From Trichoplax sp. H2 (taxonomy: Eukaryota), in assembly GCA_003344405.1 (NCBI GenBank), contig NOWV01000019.1:372001-436000 (forward strand): 64,000 nucleotides of DNA, given 5' to 3'. The stretch's first letter is position 1, and each line of letters opens with the position of its first letter. Shown here in pieces: positions 52,640 to 64,000 of this stretch. The translations under genes were made by a program, and so were the position numbers. The notes under the pieces are model-generated. The model was given only the letters and a program-made list of their open reading frames with translations, did not search any database and was not told the origin of the DNA.

Positions 52640-53625
52640 CCAATCTGTAGCCATCACAACACTAGAATAATTCATTTTGCTTTCTGAGCTAATCAGTAGT
52701 AATGAGTGTTGTTGTACGTAATTATTTTATTTCAGCTAGGGCATTAATATCATTTCTCATTTCGTATTAGAAAATAAATGAGCTTCTCTTGCACGAATTG
52801 ATAATCGTCTTGTATCATGACCAATAAACATAAGTAACCTTGCTCGACGAATTCACTGCCAAACAGCATCAAAAAGGCATCGATATTTGATCATAGCCGA
52901 ATAAATGAATCTTTTAGTTTAAGAGAATTGCAAAGACCATCATCTTTCATAAGTATTTTAATCTGTAGACAGTAACTATAGCCAATAATAAGTGTAATCC
53001 GATGAGATTTTGGTGTCGTTGATGGTACAATTCAGAAAATGGCTTAACCTGGGTTGTATGAATTGATAATCACCCTGCACTATGACTAATAAACATAGAT
53101 AGCGTTGCTTGAACGAATTAATTGCATAGTATTATCAAATGGAAATGAATCGTTTACTGTTAATTAAAGAGAATTGTAAAGACCATCATCCTCCATTTGC
53201 ATTTAGATCTGTTGGCAGTAACCTTAGCCAATAATAAATGAATGCTTACTGGCGATGATCAACTCTGTAGCCGTAGCGAAACTAGATGCATACATTCACT
53301 TTGTTTTTTGAGCTGATCAGTATTGATTAATACTATTCTATTTTAGCTAGAGCAATAATGTTGTTTTTAATCTCATATTGGATAATTAGTTGATTTCTAT
53401 TGTATGAATTGATATTGATCTTGCATCGTACCAAATCAATATGGGTAGCATGACTACTGTAAACGAATTTATTACAAAATAAGCTCGAAAGGTATTGAAA
53501 AAAAGGAATTGCGTAGATAAAGAGAATTGCAAAGATGATCGATCATCCTTCATTTGCGTTTAAATCTGTTAGCAATAACCTTATGCGATGATGAGTGCGA
53601 TCCAATACGATATTTTGGTGTCGTT
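52640..53625. repeat. Degenerate dispersed/tandem ~250-350 bp duplications (3 partial copies)
   Basis: aagagaattgcaaagaccatcatc.t.cat...atttaaatctgt.gcagtaacc.tagccaataataa occurs at ~52921, ~53167 and ~53520. Confidence 0.7.
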
Positions 53626-54056
53626 CTCACAATAATTTATACATTCTTAATAAAATAGGTTTCAATACTTTTACTTCCGTATTAGTTCAAAATAAACCTT
53701 TGGATGAGTTGATAAAGGAAAATGTTCCTCGTTGAGATTGATACTCTATTAATATTTGAAAATATTCGTCTGCTAGTGCAGGAAAAGTTATCATGGTGAA
53801 TGCTATGATATCATAATTGGTTTACCTTTAAAAAATGGTGCTGCCGAATAGAATCTTTCATGTCATCGAGTGATCTAGCTTCTACCCTGATGTTGCTAAA
53901 TATTTTTCAATAGGATTGAGCACATAAAGCAATTAATTTCTCCTTTCATAATAAGTGTAGTCTAGATATCGACAAGATGTAAAAATAATCCTCATAATAA
54001 TTATTGATATTAATCTAATTTTCATTTCTACTTCTTATTGTTGTCGTAAAATCTAG

Positions 54057-57000
54057 GACGATTTTCCGGAGACTAAAGTCCAGCGAAGCAGCGGTATTAG
54101 TAGGACGACAGTCCTTGTCCTTATTGTGATTATCTTATTAGTAGCTGCAGCTGCCATTACCGCTGTCGTTGTGATCATGAAAAGTAAGGCAATATTAATT
54201 AAGATGATTAACGTAGAGATTGAGAAGAATTATCAGGATAATAAACAAGATAAATAAAAGAATGAGTACATCGTTAATATCGACTTTTGTAATGCAAGCG
54301 GTATGGAATTATGTTTGTCAGTATATTTTTTTACTCAGTTTGAATGTAAGACATCATTAGTATAGATAGTTTTAATGCAAATGGGTATGCAAAGATGCTT
54401 ACCAGTATAATTTATTAGCTAGGTTGATTGTAAGAATACCTAGCTTAACGACGAAGCAAAAATTCCTTTATTTATTTATAGAGTTTTTTTTTCAGTTTCG
54501 ACATGTTTCATTGTCGTGCTCTATACTGATAAATCTATTTTATGTATGCCTATGTACTAAATGATAGCTTGATGGCCTTGCTATTCGATATAATGATGAT
54601 GATATTTCATCTATACATGCTCCTGTTCATGATCATGATTTTCCCTCGTAAATTGCAAAAATATCCCTCAGGATGATAGTATTATTTTAGGAACGTTGCT
54701 GTCTGTATATGTTAGTTTTAATTCAAAATGTAATCTACTATAAACTCCTAAACTGGATCTAAGCTGTAGGTAATCTCAGTGTTTACGGAAGAGCTGGAAA
54801 TAATATAATTAGATTATAGAATAACATTAATTTGCTGGCAGAAAGAAGTCCCTTAGACAAAACATGGTAATAAACAGATCCTTATGAGTTCCTAATTTGA
54901 TGGAATTGATATTTTGCATCAAACAGCGCTACTGAAGAATAAATTAACTAAATCAATGACTAGAATAAATAAATCCCTAGGGTAAATATAGCAATAAAAA
55001 GGTTTCCACCTCCTCAATACCCAATAGCTTTGATACTTTAAAATTAGGATAACATTAAAAAAAAGGTTTAACGAGAAGTTATTGATACAGGAGCTAAACT
55101 TTACGATCTACGTCACCTCTGAGAATTATTTTGATAAAAATGAGCATACATTGATTAAGTATTGCAATGGACCTGTCTGATTCTCCACAATACAACCAGG
55201 AAGGATTAACTAGAGTAATGATAAAATCTTTGCTTATGAAATATCCATTTTTCTTAGTTTAGATGGATTATATTTTAAATTTGTATTCTTATTGCCATGA
55301 AGTGATTATATAACCTTAACAGTCTAAAGTAAACTGTACAATAGCTACAAAACAGTAACTGTTTCTTAAATATGCATGATCCTTTTCATGAGAAATTGGT
55401 CAAGATTACAAACAATTTAAATGTCATGATTGAATAAGAGTAACTAGTTAATGTTGTCGGGATCATAAGTCATTACTTTCTCAATAGTTTAATATCGTAG
55501 GTAATAATTATTTGGAAATAAAGGGGGATTTTCCGCATATCCTTTAGTAACTTATCTTCTGTCAAATCACTAGACTAGAAAGGTTCTTGATTTAATCCGC
55601 TACTTCTAACTATAGCGGATATCGATGATAGCATTACTCTTATACTTTGGGAAGATCCAGTTATTTTTTCTAGCTACGTGTACAGTGGTTATCACTGATC
55701 GCATCAATCACATAGCTAGGGTAGATTTTGTAACTTTTCTAGCTATAATGGTATCGATGATCGAATCAGTCACATAGCCAGAACAGTTCCGTTATTTTTT
55801 CTAGTTATAGTAATTATCGATGATCGAATCAGCTATATACCTAGAGAAGATTTCTTTACTTTTCCAACAATAGGGCATATAGATGATCGAATCAGTTATA
55901 TAGCCAAAGTAGAACCCGTTATTTTTCAGCTATAAAGATTATACAGTATATATTATCAATAATTGGATCAGTATTATAAATAGGATACACTCCGCTATTT
56001 TCTAGTTACAGCAGTTTATCCACGATCGGATCACTCATATAGCTATAGTCGATTCCCTTGCTTTTCTAGCTATAATAGTTATCTGTAATCGGATCAGTTA
56101 TACAGTTCGGATATATCCCGTTATTTTTGTAAATATAGTAGTTATTGATGATCGAGTCAATCATGTAGCTAGCGTAGATCCTGTTATTTTTCTAGCTATA
56201 GCAGTTATCGAAATCGGATTAGCCACATAGCTAGAGTAAGTGTCGACATTGATCCTCTTACTTTTTAGCTATACTACATTGTTTATCGACGATCAATCAT
56301 GTAGATAGGATAGATCTCATAAATTTTTTAGCTATTTTAGTTATCGATGATTAGTCGATATAAATGGAGCAGATCCCGTTATTGGCATTCTAGAATGGAG
56401 AAAATATGCACATCTCCCATGGTACCGATGCGTACCATCGCTGATGATTGACAGCAGCATTTTTCTGCCCATAATTAATATCTATATTGATCTTAGTAAG
56501 TGAGTAAACATCTTTTAACATTACCATTGGGTTTATTGATCAAACTGCAAGGTAAATTGGAACCAGTTGTATTTATTTATTCTGTCATAGTGTCCCCATC
56601 TTGCATCCTATCATTTACATTAGAGCTTCCGATCCACTTTGCTATCGGCTTGTGAACTACCTTACGATATTGTAGTATTCAGTAAAGTGTTTAANNNNNN
56701 NNNNNNNNNNNNNNTTTCTAGTTACAGCAGTTTATCCACGATCGGATCACTCATATAGCTATAGTCGATTCCCTTGCTTTTCTAGCTATAATAGTTATCT
56801 GTAATCGGATCAGTTATACAGTTAGGATATATCCCGTTATTTTTGTAAATATAGTAGTTATTGATGATCGAGTCAATCATGTAGCTAGCGTAGATCCTCT
56901 TATTTTTTAGCTATACTACATTGCTTATCGACGATCAATCATGTAGATAGGATAGATCTCATAAATTTTTTAGCTATTTTAGTTATCGATGATTAGTCGA

Positions 57001-60000
57001 TATAAATGGAGTAGATCCCGTTATTGGCATTCTAGAATGGAGAAAATATGCACATCTCCCATGGTACCGATGCGTACCATCGCTGATGATTGACAGCAGC
57101 ATTTTTCTGCCCATAATTAATATCTATATTGATCTTAGTAAGTGAGTAAACATCTTTTAACATTACCATTGGGTTTATTGATCAAACTGAAAGGCAAATT
57201 GGAACCAGTTGTATTTATTTATCCTGTCATATTGTCTCCATCTTGCATCCTATCATTTACATTAGAGCTTCCGATCCACTTTGCTATCGGCTTGTGAACT
57301 ATCTTACGATATTGTAGTATTCAGTAAAGTGTTTAACGGATCGATTTTAGTGTCTAGTACCGATGATTTAGGCTATAGAGAACACAAATTTGTATTTATT
57401 TACTATCCAAGCTGTACCTGATGTTGACATGCGGTGGAATGTTGGATTTCTTATTACCAAATTGATATTAATTATTGCCTATTGTGCAGCCATACCAGTT
57501 TTAATTTTCTCAATTCTACGTTTACGTATATCATTTATTTAAGATATTTCCAATGCTGGTATGATAAGCTTCAGTATTAATTTGAACTGTATAAAATACG
57601 AATAGCTGTTGATTAAATACAAAAGGAATATTATTTGAGCCAGTATAGAATTAGAATCTTATTATTGATCTACTACAATTTAAAATAAATCTCTTGATTG
57701 ATCATAAGGATAAATAAAGGCATCACCCGGCAAAATGATGTCAAAAACGACTAAGATCATTATTATTGGCCTGAATTGGCTAATACGATATACATAATAT
57801 ACTGGAACTACTCCATCATTTTCAATTATTTATTTACATCCTAGTAAACGTTAATGCAGATCAAAACCTTTTGCATGGATCTGATTCTATGCTAAAAATA
57901 AACTACCATCATTAACCTTATCGATACCGATATTGTGCTATCAAATAGCTACAATTCTTCTATAAACTGTTTCTATAATCGTTTTCCTTGTAGCAGCTAT
58001 CTCCAGCTATGTAACCAATTGAAAGTTATTTTAATGCCCACTCAAAGTTTTCATTACCTCTATTCGCAGATCAACAACAAGCCCAGACTAGTATGCCTAC
58101 GCCAAATAATTTCAAAGGCAAAGTCTTTGGAATTAGTGAATTGTACAATGGATCATTTTATGCTCGATCAGTATATGTCAGTTGGATAAGTGGTAAGCTA
58201 ATTGATTATCAAGCAAATTCTACCCAATTGAAGGAATAATATAATCAATGGATACAAGCCTTTAATCAATTTCACACTTTAACCTTGATTCCTATCCGTT
58301 GAATATAGATACTTCCTACGAGTACACAGACACCAATGGCGATCTCGTCGAGTACGATGTATCCACGAATACTACCAAAGTCCTATTGCCTTATTCGCAA
58401 AAGGTAAATATAAACATCTACCAGACCGTAGAAAAATAGTGTCGGTATTTTGGGTTATGAAATGTGTTCTTAAAATTATTTTCTTTTTCAGAATTTGCTC
58501 AAGATAGCAAGATCTTGGATTAGTCCTGATGGCCTATTCTTACTTCTATCCTATCAAATGAGATATGTAAGCTATGTTACGATGGCCATTTTGGCGATGG
58601 ATATTGATGGCTACCAATCTGCTAGAATGAATCGTTGTTCTAATTGATATTATTGCTTCTATTGAAAATTCATAGCTCTATCGCTACTCTTTCTATGCTC
58701 GCTACATCGTCTACCGAATTTCAGACAAGTAAGTTGATTTTTGAAGCGCTAGAGTGTCGTTTTATGTAAATGGATAGTTATATTTGGCAAAAATCGTCAT
58801 AAGAATATGGAGTAAATTATCCTTCACTAATAAATTCATAGCCATAGCCATAGATTAACATAATCGGAACGTATTCACATATCAAGAAGATAGTGACTGT
58901 AAAATCATCTAATTTTTTTATTATTTTGCTTCAAGGCAAATTTTCTACTTGGAGCCAATGGGAAGTGGAAAAGAATTAAGATATATGGGTTGGTCAGCAA
59001 GTGGCCATAAATTGGTAAATTCTATGAGCGTTGAGTAAAACTTGAAGTTTGATGATTTTGTTATGCAAGAATGCGAAATGAATATGGATATGCAGTTTCC
59101 CCCAGCAATTTACTAATTTGGAACTGCTTAATTTCTAAGTGTTACAATCTTACAGTGTCATACTATTGAAGTATGCAAATTCTATAGATTTAATAACGCG
59201 ATGCATCTTATGTTCTATTTCAGTCTTTCGTTTTTGGAAATGATGTCTATGTTCTATCCGATCCTACCAATGACAAAAACATGGTGCGATTAACGACCAC
59301 CGGTGTCGATAAAGTCGTATTTAATGGTGTTCCTGATTGGAACAACGAAGGTTTGTTGCGATATTTGGATGTTATAAATAGAATTCATCAGTGTGTAGAT
59401 TTGGTTTCGTAAATCGTTAATCTTGTACAAAGATGAGATGAACAATTTACTCATCGTCGTAGAGTTAAAATAATTCATTGCTCCAAATTCATACCGTACT
59501 GAACGTGGATGAACCTTATATAGATCCTATTGGATCTTAGATTAATACTAAAAAAGTTCGACTTCTTAGCTTCTACAATATTGCGATAAAATAAAGCAAT
59601 TATCTTTCATATTTATAGAGGAAATTTTAAGTAGCAACAATGCCATCTACTGGTCCAAGGGTTCTACCTATGTGTGCTATGGTTCATTTAATGCAACTGG
59701 TGTTGGATCTGCTCACTGGGTGTTATACAATGGCAAAGGTTCTTATACTAGCATCGTTAAAGTTCCTTATCCCAAGGTAAGATCAGTTTTTTTGATCATA
59801 GCTTAATAAGGTTAAATTCGATACTTCGGTTGATTTTAGAAATGAATATTTCCGCGATAATTAAATTTCATCAATAATACTCCATTTCATTCAGAGTGGT
59901 TCAATCAATTCCAAAGTAACCATTTATGTCACTAAAGCCAACGATGCTGCTACTACCCTTCAATTAATGCCACCAACCGATTTCCTTAACGGGTAATCCT

Positions 60001-63000
60001 TTTTCGGATATAATCAATTATTAGGTGTTCTATTTGCCGAAAGATTTAAAATTAAGAGTTAAACTTTATTTGGCTATGAGCACCTGAAGAAATGATTAGA
60101 TGAAAAGTGTACGCGTAGATTAGTATTGCCTGCTGTATAGGAGGACATTTTGTGATATTTCCACTTGCATTTAAATTATAAAATAGGGAATATTATTATA
60201 CCAACGTAGTCTGGGCTTCTGATACTGTGGTCACTGTGACTTGGCTAAACCGATTCTCTAATGTCAGCGCTTTAATGTCATGCGATGCTACCAATGGTCA
60301 ATGCAGAGAAGTAAGTAGTTAATTTGAAAGGTTTCTGCAAAAGCCTTGCATAGATATTCAGGCAATAGGCGAAATTTCATCCTATTTTATTTGTGAATAG
60401 GGTAATCATCGAGTATTAGAATCTGCTATCCTTTAGCTTGATAGATAATTGCGTCAGTGCAACTTATTTGGGATAGTCATAAAATTTTGGGGAGTAGCTG
60501 TTCTATCATGTACAATGTACATAATATCATATCAAAAGAAATTAAGATTTTATGTAAGAATAGTTCTGAAACTGGATAGATGACAATCAAGTTGCTACTA
60601 TGATATCATTTGTTAAGGAATGCAGCGAACGTTGCATTGCCAGAAGTGGATAATTCCTTATACATGTACATTACATAATACCAAAAAATGCTGATATAAT
60701 CCTTTTTTAAGCAAAATTATGGGCTACTTCGAATATTTAGTGCATCTAGTAGTCCATGCCTGAGCAATAATATAAATACAGCGGTATTTGCATAGGAATG
60801 CTGCTCAAATCATATCGATGGCAGCTAAAGAATATTCTGTACACGGATACGTTACATATTTTAGAATTTTTTCTGCTAAGCAAATCACGCTGTTCTAGAC
60901 TAAATGGTATGATAGTTCACGTTAAAAATTGTTGTAGTCTCAAGATCGTATTGCAACCGGCAGTAGATAACAAATTCCTAATTTGGACTTCATAAATGCT
61001 TCAAGCTGGTGATTGTTACCAGACTTAATTTGATATCGTAACATAGACATGCTCAAATGTTTCTGTCGGTAAAAGTAATTTTAGATTAGTTTTATTGTTG
61101 TATTTTACCACTAGAAGAAATTGAGTTTCACATCCAATATGATATATACTACGAGGATATGAATAAGCACAAATTGTAAAGTCTACTCATTTATAGAGCT
61201 AAAAGTAGTAATAGATCAGTTGCAAACTATAAGTAAGTTCGCATTAGAATGAAACAATTGTAATTATTTATCTGTGTTTAGATCAATCGTGTATCTGAAC
61301 CTAATGGATGGATCGATTATCACTACGTAAGTCAGAAATTGCATCAATCAAAAGCTTTAAAATTTATTAAATTAAGTACTGATTTTGAACGATATAGTAT
61401 AGCCCAAAATTTACCACGGCTGGTGATTCCTACTACGCAGTTTTACCTAGGAAGGGATCTAGCGGTAAAAGCTTTTTCCATCTGGCTAAAGTCTCTCTAA
61501 CGGTAGGTTGCAAAGATTTTAGAGTTTACTTACTCAGTATAATAAGTGGAATAGTCTACATTGATTCTATGTCAGAGCTAGGACTGAACTATAGCATTTG
61601 AATTCATTGCCGTGTTTTACATGCTTATACTTTGTTATTGCGTAAGTTCTAACTTAGATACAACATATTTTGCTGTTCAATTTATAGAATAGCCAGAAAA
61701 CTTGGCTAACCAGTGGAGACTGGCATGTTACAGTCATTTATGCTTACTCTGAATCCAGAAATTTGCTGTAAGTTTTGCTGATTATTAAATTGATGCGTGA
61801 ATATTTCATTGCTTCTACTTGGCCATGGCTGATTGAAGGTATTTTAAATGCTGATCGTTTATTATAACTACTAGTTTCTTCCAAAGTACTGAAAAGGGCT
61901 CTATCACTAGGAATGTATACAGGTAACATAATGACTATCAAGCTAGCATCATAGCGGGTTACCTGGTATAGGCTAAATTAATAGTACTTGCGGCTTCCTT
62001 AATTTTATAACATTATAAGGTACAGAGCTCATTCATAATTGATGAACATATTATTTACTAGTATCGCCACAGATGGATCCAATAAGAAATGTTTAAGCTG
62101 CAGTGTTAGGCCAAGTAAGGCTCATGAAATCCCCACTCAATAGCGATTGCATTCGTATTCTTACTCTTGCAAATATCTTAATTTTGTTTCATAGATGAAT
62201 GTGAATATTTTACTGGCTCTTTCAGCTCAAGTGGTAATTACTACGTACTTGGTTGCAGAGGTAAGTTCATATTTCATTAACTTTCTGCTATTGAATAGAT
62301 TATTCCATAAAATGATATTACATCCGATGGATACTTGATATTAGGTCCTGGTATTCCATCTTACCAAATGATCAATTCTATTACTGGAGCAAGTAAGATC
62401 TCATTAATATTGTTTCGAACGATTCACTAAGTCCAGAATATTGTATACCGCTACCTAGATATTATTTACGACAGTAGCATATCTAAATTAAAATGGTTTG
62501 ATTCTCTTACCTATGACTAGCCTTCGTGATGGAATCTAATGAGCGACTTAAGAATGCTGTTGCAAGTATCACTGTATCCACCCGAGTTTATGGGGAATTT
62601 GCTCATGCTGGCTTCAGTAAGTTTTTCCGATTCAATATGCTAATGAGTATTTCAGCTACGATAGCTAGCTCTAGCTGGAATTAGAAAGGGCGTGATACAT
62701 TGTCATTTATTGATGTAGCTGTAGCTCCCACATTTAAAGTGCAGTATTTTAATTTAATTAACGTGGTTATCTACGATAACTCTGCTACTTTGGTAGTTTA
62801 AACTTTCTATTTATATAAACCGATATCGCTGGTAGATTTCTAGTATCGAAGTAAATGACGATTACCACAATATTCTGCAAAGTCTTATTTGCACTAAACA
62901 AAATCATTGAGGTGGATTTCCAGTGATCTAAGTAATGATTACTTTAATATTCTGCAATGTCTTACTTGCCCTTATTGAAATTGTTTTAATTACAGTAATA

Positions 63001-64000
63001 GATTTACGGTCATCTAAATGATAATTACTTTAATATTATCGCTCTTATAGAAATGATTGTACCTTCTTTTTGCTGTCATTATACGATATCTAAATATTTG
63101 TTGTCATCTCCATTAATAAGAAATGAACTATGTTATGTATCGTCCCCCTGGATTTGATGCTTCAAAGAAGTATCCAGTCTTTATGTATATGTAAGTCGAG
63201 CTATGATATAAAATAAACAGTTCGAATTTACCGTGATAGGAAATACGTTAGTTACTCTAAATATTCTTATCTGAAATTTCATAGCTACGGAGGTCCTCAA
63301 AGCCAACGTGTAAGTATTCGAAAATATGTAATAGGAATTTTATCTAGCTTAAAATTGCCAAGATATAAGCATTAAAATCAGCCGAAGCAATATTAATATT
63401 TTAAAGAAATGTTATTATCCCAATTATAATTTAATGGCTTATAGGTAAACAAAGAATTTGGTTTAGGCTGGGCAGAATACTTCTCGTCCTACTTGAATAC
63501 TATTTGTATCGTATTTGATCCTCGTGGTACCGGCTATAAGAGCAATGAGTATGCAAGCTTTAAGCGGATGGACTCATCTTATAATAACTTTAATAAATAC
63601 ATTAATTCCTATTTATTGATCGTCTACTGTGATTTCATTAGATTTATGTACAGCACTTATAAGAAATTGGGTGTACTGGAGGCTCAAGATGTACAAGCCT
63701 TTGGCCGGTAAGTATTTTCGGCCATGCATAAACCAATTGGACGAACAATGACTAATTTATAGCATCCTTGGTTGATCGTCATGTAAAAATCTTTGATTCA
63801 ATGAAATGTAGTATAATAATGAACAGTAATATGAGCTAGCAAAAATTGGAAATGTACATCTAAAATCTTAACTTAAGGCGTGCATACCGATTAGAGCTTG
63901 TGAATAGATTCAATGAGGAATAATAGCTAACGTATTATCATACTATAACAGATATCTGCAAACTCTGCCTTATGTTGATGGTTCTAACATGGGTGTCTTT
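54057..64000 (+). CDS. DPP4-family (S9B) type II membrane peptidase, paralog 2; partial (first exon uncertain, 3' end beyond the window)
   Basis: TM exon from 54057 ([27 protein letters not shown]); [77 protein letters not shown]; the window ends at [16 protein letters not shown] just before GW-S. Intron positions match paralog 1. Confidence 0.92.
55600..57020. repeat. Intronic ~60 bp degenerate minisatellite (about a dozen copies, partly re-represented after the gap)
   Basis: Unit approximately gatcccgttattttttctagctatagcagttatcgatgatcgaatcagtcacatagctagagta. Confidence 0.85.

Overview
AT-rich, intron-rich eukaryotic genomic DNA from an animal. The compact introns, low GC and Sp1-4-class gene fit an early-branching metazoan such as a placozoan; this is inference, not an identification. 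In order, the window contains: (1) an Ahr/YjgB-like Zn-dependent alcohol dehydrogenase with an intronless CDS, a possible horizontal acquisition; (2) a degenerate P-loop GTPase gene; (3) a Tc1/mariner-derived HTH-only ORF, present twice across an assembly gap; (4) a 17-exon OLA1/YchF gene; (5) a frameshifted BED-finger/hAT transposase-derived gene; (6) a two-exon Sp1-4-type zinc-finger gene in a large non-coding territory; (7) two tandem multi-exon DPP4-family (S9B) genes, the second running off the window; and (8) several degenerate tandem repeats. The most notable observations are a 12-nt OLA1 microexon followed by an AT-AC intron with U2-type signals, a DPP4 paralog lacking the catalytic Ser and two other active-site residues next to a paralog that retains those visible in the window, and transposase-derived genes on both sides of OLA1 that look domesticated. 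All gene models were read by eye without alignment tools.
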